From Pontiella sp. (lineage in GTDB: Bacteria; Verrucomicrobiota; Kiritimatiellia; Kiritimatiellales; Pontiellaceae), in contig JBNKHE010000002.1 of NCBI GenBank assembly GCA_050290185.1, positions 192,001 through 256,000 of the forward strand: a DNA stretch of 64,000 nt, in the 5' to 3' direction. The notes under the pieces were generated by a model. The model worked only from the letters and a program-made list of their open reading frames with translations. It was not told the DNA's origin and did not search any database. The position numbers and the translations under genes were made by a program. Shown piece after piece: positions 48,310 through 57,009 of the stretch. How positions within the stretch are numbered: position 1 is the stretch's first letter; each line of letters begins with the position of its first letter.

Positions 48310-49827
48310 TCAAGGCATCTGTAGAATGCGCCAAAATGCCTCGTTTACATCACTTATGATCGGGACATGGTTCGTGCCGGCCCCGCAAACGATCGGAGAA
48401 CCCACTCCGCTCCAGCCGGAGAGAAGTGAGCTGGTCTCCTGCAGAATATATTGCTCTCCGGGAATCCCGGTAAAATCAACCTGATACGCATGGGAACCCG
48501 TCCTGGCAAATCCGACGACCACCGGCGATACATGATGCAACGAAGCGTTTATGTTACCGACGGTCTGCGCTGCCGATAACATGATATTCGATCCTGCCCC
48601 CAGCACATCCTCATCGTTGTAAACCTCGTAGGCATATGCGCCGTCATAGTCGTAAAAATCCACCTGATAGGTGCCTGGCGGAAGGCCGCCGATTTCATAG
48701 TAGCCATTGGTGTCGGTGCCCGCCCATTCCACGGGCTCCCAGTCGGCTCCATTCCAACTATACGCGGCGGCTTCAATGTAGGCCAATGGAGAGGATCCGT
48801 CTGCCCCGGTTACAGTTCCCGAAATATGGGAAGCAAGGTCAAGTGAGGCATCGATCCCCGGAATCACTGTATTGGCGGGTACCGTGAGCTCGCTGGCATT
48901 CCAGAACATGGTATCATCATAGGCCTCGGTGGCGTAGAATCCGGAGGAATCGTAGAATTCAATCTTGTAGTTGCCGGGCGGAAGACCGGCTAAGGTGTAG
49001 TTCCCGTTGCTGTCTGAAAATCCCCACGCCAACCAGGACCAATCGCCTCCATCCCATATCCAAGCTTCCGCCTCGATATTTTCCAATGGTGTAGTGCCGT
49101 CCGGCCCAGTGATTTTCCCGGAGATGCTGGAGGCGGTCGATAGGCTGGCATCAATGCCGCTCACCGTCTGTCCGGCACTGGCGATCACGATTTCAGTCCC
49201 CTCCCAGGATGACACGACATTGTCATAGGTTTCGCGGGCATAGCCACCCGACGAATCGTAAAAACCGATCATGTAGTTTCCGACCGGCAACCCCGCGATC
49301 ACATAGTTACCGCTACTATCAGAGTCGACCCACGCCATCCAGTACCATTCACTGCCACTCCAGACCGAGGCGGATACTTCAATGCCCGCCAAGGGGGTGA
49401 CGCCGTCCGGCCCTGTGATTTTTCCTGCAATGCTCGAGCCGACCGCCAGACTGGCATCAATACCGGTGGCCACCTGGTTCTCATTGGATATTACGATTTC
49501 ATCCCCCTGCCAGAACGACAGGGCATCGTTATAGACTTCCATGGCGTAGGATCCCGACGGATCATGGAATTCTATCCGGTATTCTCCCAGAGGCAGGCCG
49601 GTCGTTTCAAAATCCCACCAATCTACGAGATAGTGCCCTGTTGCATCGGTTGTCACCGGCGCGTTGTAATAATACCAGGCATTCCCATCTTTGAGCCACG
49701 TGGTAACTTCAATGCCGGCAAGCCCGGTGATCCCGTCGGGGCCGGTGACCGTCCCAGAAATCACCGCCGCTTCCGCGGGCGGAATGAGCATCAGCAGAAA
49801 AGCCGCAACCTTTCCAGCAATATTCAT
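48310..49827 (-). CDS. Secreted protein with four carboxypeptidase-regulatory-like (prealbumin-fold) repeats and a small C-terminal domain
   Basis: Signal peptide; four ~100-aa repeats I[SA]G[TK][VI]TG.DG..L..IE...GLP.G.Y...F.D..G.YA.E.Y...I[DN]ASL. Confidence 0.82.
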   Translation of the reverse strand: MNIAGKVAAFLLMLIPPAEAAVISGTVTGPDGITGLAGIEVTTWLKDGNAWYYYNAPVTTDATGHYLVDWWDFETTGLPLGEYRIEFHDPSGSYAMEVYNDALSFWQGDEIVISNENQVATGIDASLAVGSSIAGKITGPDGVTPLAGIEVSASVWSGSEWYWMAWVDSDSSGNYVIAGLPVGNYMIGFYDSSGGYARETYDNVVSSWEGTEIVIASAGQTVSGIDASLSTASSISGKITGPDGTTPLENIEAEAWIWDGGDWSWLAWGFSDSNGNYTLAGLPPGNYKIEFYDSSGFYATEAYDDTMFWNASELTVPANTVIPGIDASLDLASHISGTVTGADGSSPLAYIEAAAYSWNGADWEPVEWAGTDTNGYYEIGGLPPGTYQVDFYDYDGAYAYEVYNDEDVLGAGSNIMLSAAQTVGNINASLHHVSPVVVGFARTGSHAYQVDFTGIPGEQYILQETSSLLSGWSGVGSPIVCGAGTNHVPIISDVNEAFWRILQMP

Positions 49828-49871
49828 ATTTCCCCCTTTCCATGCGGTCACCCAGAAACCCATGGATAGCG

Positions 49872-50720
49872 CTAAAACTCGTCGGCAAGTTCATCGGGTA
49901 CGAGGTTGTACAACGTAGATTCCGGCGTATCGGATTCTTCGACCGGCTGCTTCTGGCGTTTCAGGAATTCCTTGGCCAGCTCCCGGTAGGCAGCGGAACC
50001 GACGCACGAGGAATCGTAGACCGTAATCGGCTGCCCGTAGCTCGGCGCTTCGCTCAAACGGACATTGCGGGGAATGAGCGTTCCAAAAACCTGCTCGCCG
50101 AAATGATTGCGGACTTCCTGCACCACCTGCTGTGATAGATTGGTCGTCATGTTGTACATGGTCATGAGGATTCCGCTGATGTGCAGGTTTGGATTGTTGG
50201 CATCGCGAATCTGGTTGACGATGTCGACCATCACGCCCAGGCCCTCCAGCGCCAGATATTCGCACTGGATCGGGATAATCACCTCGTGCGCAACATTGAG
50301 TGCATTCATGAACAGGATGCCGAGCGATGGCGGGCAGTCGAGGATGATATAGTCGTAGACGCCGCTTTCGATCACGGGCTCCATGGCGTCGCGCAGGCGG
50401 TGCAGATAGTCGTCGTAGCGGGCGATGGCGATTTCGGACCCGGCCAGATCAAGCTCGGACGGAATGATATCGAGGTTTTTAATTCCGGTTTCCTTGATCA
50501 GCTCCTGACAGCCGGATTCCCCCAGCATCGCGGGAAACACGCTGGCCCCGAACCCCTTTTCCAGTCCCAGCCCGCTGGTAGCGTTGGCCTGCGGATCGAG
50601 GTCGATCAGGAGCACCTTCTTGCGCTTCTCCGCAAGACAGGCCGAAAAATTGATGGCGGTCGTGGTTTTTCCCACCCCACCCTTTTGGTTTGCCAAGGCA
50701 ACAACGGTTGTTTTTTTCAT
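49872..50720 (-). CDS. parA: ParA/Soj family ATPase
   Basis: NQKGGVGKTTT, DLDPQANAT, DCPPSLG, QCEYLALEG, IPRNVRLSEAPSYG. Confidence 0.93.
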   Translation of the reverse strand: MKKTTVVALANQKGGVGKTTTAINFSACLAEKRKKVLLIDLDPQANATSGLGLEKGFGASVFPAMLGESGCQELIKETGIKNLDIIPSELDLAGSEIAIARYDDYLHRLRDAMEPVIESGVYDYIILDCPPSLGILFMNALNVAHEVIIPIQCEYLALEGLGVMVDIVNQIRDANNPNLHISGILMTMYNMTTNLSQQVVQEVRNHFGEQVFGTLIPRNVRLSEAPSYGQPITVYDSSCVGSAAYRELAKEFLKRQKQPVEESDTPESTLYNLVPDELADEF

Positions 50721-50824
50721 GATTCTCGCACCTGTTTTGCATGAAACTTCGGTTTATGATCGGAAGCCGCCACAGTAGCTTATAGGCTAACACGCTTAAA
50801 CCAAAATTTGCGGCGGGTTGCGGA

Positions 50825-51448
50825 TCAGGAAAAGAGGTGGAACGGCGCGATCCACAGGGTCGAAAAAAGGTCCGCCAGTCGTGCTCCGTATTTGAAAAAC
50901 ATACTCCCCAGCGGCGTCATCCACAACAGGAGCAGACCGATGCCGGCAAACTGGTTCAGGGCCTGCTGGACCTTCATGTTTTCCACCAGCAGGGAGCGGA
51001 TGATTCCAAAGCCGTCCAGCGGCGGCACCGGGCACAGATTGAGCAGACACAGCGCCCCGTTCACGAAACTGCCAATATGAAAGCTCCGCGCCAAGGCCGG
51101 CGCGTCCCACAGATTTGCCGTCTGTCCCAACAGGGCAAACACTGCGCACAGCACCAGATTTGACAAGGGCCCAGCCAGATAGACAAGGGCATTACGAACC
51201 CGGTTTCCGCATCCCTTGGGATTCACCGGCACGGCACCCCACGCAATCCCGATAAAGATAAGCATCAGCACCGAAAGCCAACCCATCTGCTTCATGGGGT
51301 TCAAAGGAATGTATTCCCGCGGGGTCTCGTCGCCGAAATACACGGCCATGCGCGCATGCGAAGACTCGTGGACACAGATCGAAAAAATGGCAAAGCCGAC
51401 CCATGAAGCGAAATACAGCGGATCGCTTGCGGCATCATCAAGAAACAT
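50825..51448 (-). CDS. Site-2 protease (M50) family protein
   Basis: HESSH (HExxH), AGPLSN, NLCPVPPLDG. Confidence 0.9.
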   Translation of the reverse strand: MFLDDAASDPLYFASWVGFAIFSICVHESSHARMAVYFGDETPREYIPLNPMKQMGWLSVLMLIFIGIAWGAVPVNPKGCGNRVRNALVYLAGPLSNLVLCAVFALLGQTANLWDAPALARSFHIGSFVNGALCLLNLCPVPPLDGFGIIRSLLVENMKVQQALNQFAGIGLLLLWMTPLGSMFFKYGARLADLFSTLWIAPFHLFS

Positions 51449-52589
51449 TTGAACCTCCCTTTCCTTCCAATAGCGGCACGTCCCCGCAATCGGAACAGGT
51501 TTCAACATCGATGCGGTATACGGTTTCGCAACACGGGCAAACACGCTGGTCGCCAGGCAGGCCCGCAGCATCGACCGCAAAATTCGACGCATCCATGTCT
51601 TTACCGGACAAGGCCTCCTCCATCACATCCCGGTAAATGGCGGCATATTCATTCATGGCGCTTGCCACCTCGGGGGCAAGCGCCGTCCGCCTGCCAGGAA
51701 ATAGCCGGCGCCATATCCGCTGCGCAGGGTTGCGCCATACCCGCTCGTCGGTACAGGACAGCAAAACCGCCAACGGATACCCCGGAATACCGACATGATC
51801 ATTGATCGGATCGCAGGCCCGTATCATCATCGGCGGACAAAGGAACATCTTGAAAAAGGTCTCCCAGCGCGCATACCGTTCCCGGGGAAGCAGTTTTGCG
51901 TGCACCCGTAAAAAGACTGCGCCGCAGACCATGTGCAACAGCAACATGGGAACTGCCACATTCCACAGCAGCCGGACCGGCGGAAACAGGAACAGGGCGA
52001 CCGGGAGAAAGAGCAGCAGCCAGATCGCATAGACCGAGCACAGCAGATTCAACAGGGAGGTTCGTGTCTCCAGATTCGCGATGTGCTCTTTGGCCTTTTC
52101 CGCCGCCTCGAATCGCGATTCAATCCAGGATCGAACCGCAGCTTCACGATCCGTCGATGCAACAACCGACTCCACGGCGGTCCTGGCTTCCTCCAGCTCA
52201 TGCCGGGTTCCCTTGAACCAGGTTTCGCCGTTCACCCTGAATTCATGCTCATGGATCACAACCGACTCCACGGCATCGTAATCCAGATAGCGGGCGTCCT
52301 CGCCCATCCGCGCCGACCGCGACAAGGGCGACCCTGTGCAGACGCCACTGCGGCCCAGCGAATAGCGCGGGAAGGGTAGCCGGTGGGACGATCCCAGCGG
52401 GAGCAGCATCGGCCGCAACAGCCAAAAACGCCCCCCCACTCCAGACGCGGCATCGGTTGACTTGACCCGCCACTTCATGCCTCTGAACGGTGCATACAGA
52501 ATCCATTCCGATGCGCGCGCAAAGACAATGCAATCGCTTACGTAGATCAGGTACAGAATCAGCAGGAAATGAACGAAGTCCGGGGTCAT
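51438..52589 (-). CDS. Hypothetical membrane protein with C-terminal zinc ribbon
   Basis: Three hydrophobic segments; CPCC-x11-CSDC near the C-terminus; overlaps the S2P start. Confidence 0.7.
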   Translation of the reverse strand: MTPDFVHFLLILYLIYVSDCIVFARASEWILYAPFRGMKWRVKSTDAASGVGGRFWLLRPMLLPLGSSHRLPFPRYSLGRSGVCTGSPLSRSARMGEDARYLDYDAVESVVIHEHEFRVNGETWFKGTRHELEEARTAVESVVASTDREAAVRSWIESRFEAAEKAKEHIANLETRTSLLNLLCSVYAIWLLLFLPVALFLFPPVRLLWNVAVPMLLLHMVCGAVFLRVHAKLLPRERYARWETFFKMFLCPPMMIRACDPINDHVGIPGYPLAVLLSCTDERVWRNPAQRIWRRLFPGRRTALAPEVASAMNEYAAIYRDVMEEALSGKDMDASNFAVDAAGLPGDQRVCPCCETVYRIDVETCSDCGDVPLLEGKGGSNVS

Positions 52590-52601
52590 GAAGGTCCGTT
52601 G

Positions 52602-53423
52602 CTACTGTTCCTTCTTTCCGAACAGCCGCTTGAAGAATGCACCTACCGCAACAAGGCCCGCAGCGATGGGCTTCCAGAGCTTTGCAAGCAACCCGGATTT
52701 CAGCGCCACGGCAGCGGCCCCGCCGGCCACCAGCGCCGTCAGGCCATACTTGGCAATCTTGTCGCCCTTGCGGTATTCCGCATAGCTTCCGCCGGCCTTG
52801 TATGAATAGTCCTCGAGAATTTCCGACAAGGCGGGAATGGCCTCATCCAGCACGTCGAGGTCTGCAATCAACGTTACTTCCGTAACGCCACGTCGGCCGA
52901 GAATGCGGATGTTATGGTTTACGAACGGCTTATCACTTCCCTTTTCGCGAAGCTTTGTGCACCACTCGAGATTATGCGTTTTTTCGTTATAAAACGGCGG
53001 CTTGTACCAGCCATCGATCTCCAGCTCGGCCAACTGCATGGAATGGCGACGCTCGTTATCCTGCTTCTGAGAATCACGCATGGACGTCAGGATGGCATCG
53101 GCATCCAGACTGTCCTTGTCGTCGTCCTTCACATAGCCGATGGGATCGAACTCGAATACGGCGATCCAGGCATTCGAAGGAGCAACGATCATTCCGATCT
53201 CCTTATCAGTAACCACGTTACCGAACTGCTGCATGACGATCTTGGTGCCCTTGGGTCCGGTAAAGATATAGCCCTCCGGGATCCCCAGCGAGGAAACCCT
53301 GGCCAGCTCACCGGTGGCAGGTCCGTCCAACCACTCATAATCCGGATCCGTATTCGTATCCGCCTGCGCAAAACACCAGCCGCAGATAAAGGACAAGGCC
53401 AATACACCGATCAAACGCTTCAT
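52602..53423 (-). CDS. DUF2167 family membrane-anchored protein
   Basis: Signal peptide, GYVKDDD, W.KPP.Y, NHNIRILGRRGV, GDKIAKYGLTALVAGG, C-terminal anchor. Confidence 0.88.
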   Translation of the reverse strand: MKRLIGVLALSFICGWCFAQADTNTDPDYEWLDGPATGELARVSSLGIPEGYIFTGPKGTKIVMQQFGNVVTDKEIGMIVAPSNAWIAVFEFDPIGYVKDDDKDSLDADAILTSMRDSQKQDNERRHSMQLAELEIDGWYKPPFYNEKTHNLEWCTKLREKGSDKPFVNHNIRILGRRGVTEVTLIADLDVLDEAIPALSEILEDYSYKAGGSYAEYRKGDKIAKYGLTALVAGGAAAVALKSGLLAKLWKPIAAGLVAVGAFFKRLFGKKEQ

Positions 53424-53542
53424 AATCAATCCCCCTTGGTTAAATTTAAGAACACGCTACCCGTTCGGAGAATCATGAAACAAACCCTTAATGAATAAAG
53501 TTTGATTAAGGATCGATGCCGGAACCGGGAAGATGGCTCCCG

Positions 53543-54256
53543 CTAGAGAAGGGCATAGGCCAGCACACTTAGACCGAAGATCGCCGCGGTTTCGGTGCGC
53601 AGGATGCGGTCGCCAAAGGTTACGGGAACGGCGCCGGCCTGGATGACAGCAGCCACCTCATCCTTTGTAAAATCGCCTTCGGGGCCTATCAGCAAGGCCA
53701 CCCGCAGCTTTCCTGAAAAATCAACATCCCGCAAGGGCTGGGTACCTTCATACAGTGAACCGACCAGCACCAAGTCGAACTCCTTGAGCATGGGCAGGAT
53801 TGCATCGATCTTTTCGAGCGGTTTAAGCGCTGGAAGCCAGCGGACCTCGCACTGCTGCGCCGCGTTCAGGACAATCTTTTCCCAGCGTTCCTGCTTCTTG
53901 GGATTCGGCTTGAACTCGGTGTGCTGCGTCAGGATCGGCTGGATACCCGTCGCACCCAACTCGACGGCCTTTTGCAGGACCAGCTCCCACCGATCCGGCT
54001 TGGGAACGGCCTGGATCAAGGTGATTTCCACCGCCGGCGGAGGCACGGACCTACGCGTTACAATGCGGGCCTCCACAGCGGTCTTACCAACGGTTTCAAG
54101 GACGGCCTCGGCAACGCTGCCCCGGCCGTCAAACAGGGTAATCTCCTGTCCCTCATGAACACGGAGTACACGCGCCAGATGGTGCGATTCTTCCGGCGAA
54201 AGCGTTGCAACCGCCTTCTCCAGCTCCGCCGTCCCGATTAGTGAATTGATCCGCAT
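53543..54256 (-). CDS. rsmE: 16S rRNA m3U1498 methyltransferase
   Basis: HHLARVLR, QKAVELG, AAQQC, IGPEGDF, RILRTETA. Confidence 0.95.
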   Translation of the reverse strand: MRINSLIGTAELEKAVATLSPEESHHLARVLRVHEGQEITLFDGRGSVAEAVLETVGKTAVEARIVTRRSVPPPAVEITLIQAVPKPDRWELVLQKAVELGATGIQPILTQHTEFKPNPKKQERWEKIVLNAAQQCEVRWLPALKPLEKIDAILPMLKEFDLVLVGSLYEGTQPLRDVDFSGKLRVALLIGPEGDFTKDEVAAVIQAGAVPVTFGDRILRTETAAIFGLSVLAYALL

Positions 54257-54260
54257 AGAA

Positions 54261-54333
54261 CCTCGTACTCCTCCTCGTCCGTCTTCCTCGTCCTCGAAAA
54301 CCGGTGCCGAGGACGAAAAAAGCGAGAACGAGG
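54261..54333. repeat. CTCGTC-hexamer-based inverted-repeat element between dnaJ and rsmE
   Basis: CCTCGTACTC...GAGAACGAGG outer arms; TCGTCCTCG...CGAGGACGA inner arms. Confidence 0.65.
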
Positions 54334-54339
54334 CCGGCG

Positions 54340-55512
54340 TCAGGAATCCGCTTCGAGCTTGCGTTTTCGCTCGTAGAACGTAGCCGCCATTTTCCTCATT
54401 TTGGCGGATTCCTCGAAATGGTTGTCGTGCAGCATGTCGCACAACTCCAGCATGGCCTTTTTTTCCTTGCCGGACAGCTTGGCGGGCACTTCGACCTTCA
54501 CCATGACGTTCTGGTCGCCCTTACCCTGTCCGTGGGCGGCATCGACCACCCCTTGTCCGCGCAGACGGAAAATCTTACCGCTTTCAGTCCCGGCCGGAAT
54601 CTTCAGCTTGGCGCCACCGTGGATCGTTGGAACCTCGATTTCCCCGCCGAGCATGGCAATGTTGAACGGGACCGGAACCTCGCAGTAGATGTCGAGTTCG
54701 TTACGCTTGAAAAACTCGTGGTCGCGCACATGGAAAACAATAAACAGGTCTCCGGCGGGACCACCGCGAGCCCCGGCCTCGCCTTTACCGGCAAGGCGCT
54801 GTCGCGAACCGGACTCCACGCCGGCGGGGATGCGCAGCTTGATGGTCTTGCGTTCTTTAACGCTACCGGCTCCATTGCATTCGCGACATGGGCTGGAAAT
54901 GGCTTCCCCGGCTCCACCGCATGTCGGGCAGGTTTGCGAAAACTGGATAAACCCACCGCCGGCCGTCACCTGACCGCGGCCCTGGCAGGTCGGGCAGGTC
55001 GTCTTGGAGGTGCCTGGCTCCGCCCCGCTGCCGGAGCATTTTCTACATGTTTCGCTGACGGGCAGCGTAAGCGTGCGGTGCGAGCCCAATGCCGCCTCCT
55101 CAAAATCCACATCGAGGTCGTAGCGCAGGTCGGAGCCGCGCGCCGGCCCCGTGTTGCGGCGGCGTCCGCCGCCTCCACCAAACAGGTCGTTGATGTTGAA
55201 GCCGCCACCGAACACCTGCTCGAAAATGTCGGACGCATCGTGGAACCCGCCGCCGAATCCACCGCCAAAACCGCCGCCTCCCGGCGCAAAGGCCTGATGG
55301 CCGAACTGGTCGTAACGGGCCTTTTTATCGACATCGCTTAACACTTCGTACGCTTCACCAGCCTCCTTGAAGCTTTCCTCGGCGGCATGGTCGCCCGGAT
55401 TGCGGTCGGGGTGGTATTTCATGGCCACCTTGCGGTAGGCCTTTTTGATCTCGTCTGCCGTCGCGTTCTTCGAGACGCCCAGAATTTCGTAATAGTCGCG
55501 TTTTTCAGCCAT
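54340..55512 (-). CDS. dnaJ: Chaperone DnaJ
   Basis: J domain with HPD, G/F region, four CxxCxGxG repeats. Confidence 0.98.
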   Translation of the reverse strand: MAEKRDYYEILGVSKNATADEIKKAYRKVAMKYHPDRNPGDHAAEESFKEAGEAYEVLSDVDKKARYDQFGHQAFAPGGGGFGGGFGGGFHDASDIFEQVFGGGFNINDLFGGGGGRRRNTGPARGSDLRYDLDVDFEEAALGSHRTLTLPVSETCRKCSGSGAEPGTSKTTCPTCQGRGQVTAGGGFIQFSQTCPTCGGAGEAISSPCRECNGAGSVKERKTIKLRIPAGVESGSRQRLAGKGEAGARGGPAGDLFIVFHVRDHEFFKRNELDIYCEVPVPFNIAMLGGEIEVPTIHGGAKLKIPAGTESGKIFRLRGQGVVDAAHGQGKGDQNVMVKVEVPAKLSGKEKKAMLELCDMLHDNHFEESAKMRKMAATFYERKRKLEADS

Positions 55513-55523
55513 GCTTAATCCAT

Positions 55524-55636
55524 TTCCGATGTTAGATTTTGATTGTCGATTTGCGAAGTCCAGGCGGCGTTGGCCTTGTTGAAGGCAATGTGTTCGCAGC
55601 CCCGCAAATCAACATTCGAAATTCACCATTCAAATT
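55524..55636. repeat. Heptamer-periodic inverted-repeat element between grpE and dnaJ
   Basis: TTCCGAT GTTAGAT TTTGAT TGTCGAT TTGCG ... CGCAAATC AACATTC GAAATTC ACCATTC AAAT. Confidence 0.6.
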
Positions 55637-56238
55637 TACTTTTCCTCTTCTTCGGTCTGGGACGAACCGCTGGAAACAACAACCTGCGCAGCGCGCAAAA
55701 GCTTGTCGCCGAACATATAACCGCGGCGAACCTGGTTCGAGCAGACCTCGGCCGGATATTCGTCCGACGGCATGTGGGTCAGGGCCTCATGCTTGTGGGG
55801 GTCGAACACTTCGCCTACTGCATCGATGGGCTCGAGATTAAACTTGTTAAGGATATTCTGGAACTGGTCGAAGACCATCTTGAAACCGTCAACCACCGCC
55901 TTGTCAGCCTGATGCTGTTCTGCAGTCTGCAGGCCCATCTCGTAGTGGTCGAGAACGGGCAGCAGTTCAAGGAACAGATCCTCGTTGGCGCGCTGGTAGA
56001 GCTCCAGGCGTTCGCGTTGCGTACGGTTACGGAAGTTGGCGAAGTCGGCCTGCAGACGCACAAACTGGTCACGTAACGATTCGTCCTCTTCCTCCTCAAG
56101 CGGCGGAGCGGCATCCTCCTCGATAATTTCGGTATCGGGAAGTTCCTCGGCTTCAGCGGCTTCCTTGTCTGCCAGCTCCTCATCCGCCAGAAATTCCTCG
56201 TCCTTCAAATTCTTCTTGTCGGTTTGTTTCTTGCCCAT
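55636..56238 (-). CDS. grpE: Nucleotide exchange factor GrpE
   Basis: RLQADFANFRNR, LLPVLD, FDPHKHEA, GY..LLRAAQVVV. Confidence 0.96.
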   Translation of the reverse strand: MGKKQTDKKNLKDEEFLADEELADKEAAEAEELPDTEIIEEDAAPPLEEEEDESLRDQFVRLQADFANFRNRTQRERLELYQRANEDLFLELLPVLDHYEMGLQTAEQHQADKAVVDGFKMVFDQFQNILNKFNLEPIDAVGEVFDPHKHEALTHMPSDEYPAEVCSNQVRRGYMFGDKLLRAAQVVVSSGSSQTEEEEK

Positions 56239-56291
56239 CGTAAAAATTCCTTTCCCCGCCATTTTCGGGTTCCGTGTTTACAGAGCTTGGA

Positions 56292-56319
56292 AAAATACGC
56301 GATACAGCCGAGGTGTCAA
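56292..56319 (-). promoter_or_regulatory. Sigma70-type promoter of grpE-dnaJ
   Basis: TTGACA-N16-TATTTT on the minus strand. Confidence 0.5.
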
Positions 56320-56461
56320 TAGGTCAATTCACTCGTATCCGCCTTCAAAAACCGCTCGACATCACGCACATGCCCACGCTTAATAAAGGTTCCACGATTT
56401 ATCATGTATCATACACATACTGAACCACGGGACTGCGACACTCGTTTTAGAGGGATAAACA

Positions 56462-57001
56462 ATGAAATGGATTGGGACGCTGATTCTTACAGCAGCACTG
56501 ACTTTAACGGGCTATTCAAAGGAACGGTTGCGCTTCCCCTTCGATCAGACCACCCGGGTCACATTCATCCGCCTCGGAAACATGGAGCTCGATGCAGGAC
56601 AGCAGTTCGTGCTGGAAGTCGACCAAGGCCAATGGCGCATTAAACGGCGGATCAGCCGCGCCCATGCAACCGTTGAAGATATTACAGAGGAACGCGCGCA
56701 GGAAATTCTCAAGGCGTTCGCCGAGCTCTACAGCTATTGGCAAAACACGCCCTACCGCGACCCCGACGAGAACGCATACTCCCTGTACGTTTCCACCACG
56801 GATACCTGGCAAATGGCCCTTCGCGTGAAGGATCGCGGCAGCCCCCAGTTGACGCAGCTGATTGAACTCATCGAATACCCAGAAGGCCTGGTATTGAATG
56901 ACGTTAAAGAGGATAACACGCCGGGTGACGGAATCAGGGCTTCTACAACAGATGATCCGCTAGCCGCCGAAGGGGACTCCGACTCCAGCGGACAACCCTA
57001 G
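56462..57001 (+). CDS. Hypothetical exported protein
   Basis: Signal-like N-terminus MKWIGTLILTAALTLTGY; RBS-like AGGGA; acidic tail. Confidence 0.7.
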   Translation: MKWIGTLILTAALTLTGYSKERLRFPFDQTTRVTFIRLGNMELDAGQQFVLEVDQGQWRIKRRISRAHATVEDITEERAQEILKAFAELYSYWQNTPYRDPDENAYSLYVSTTDTWQMALRVKDRGSPQLTQLIELIEYPEGLVLNDVKEDNTPGDGIRASTTDDPLAAEGDSDSSGQP

Positions 57002-57009
57002 CCCGGGCA

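Noticed and set aside
56239..56460. CIRCE/HrcA operator upstream of grpE-dnaJ; short TGTAT-C-ATACA palindrome at 56405-56415
   Set aside because: No TTAGCACTC-N9-GAGTGCTAA is present; the short palindrome is too small to assign.
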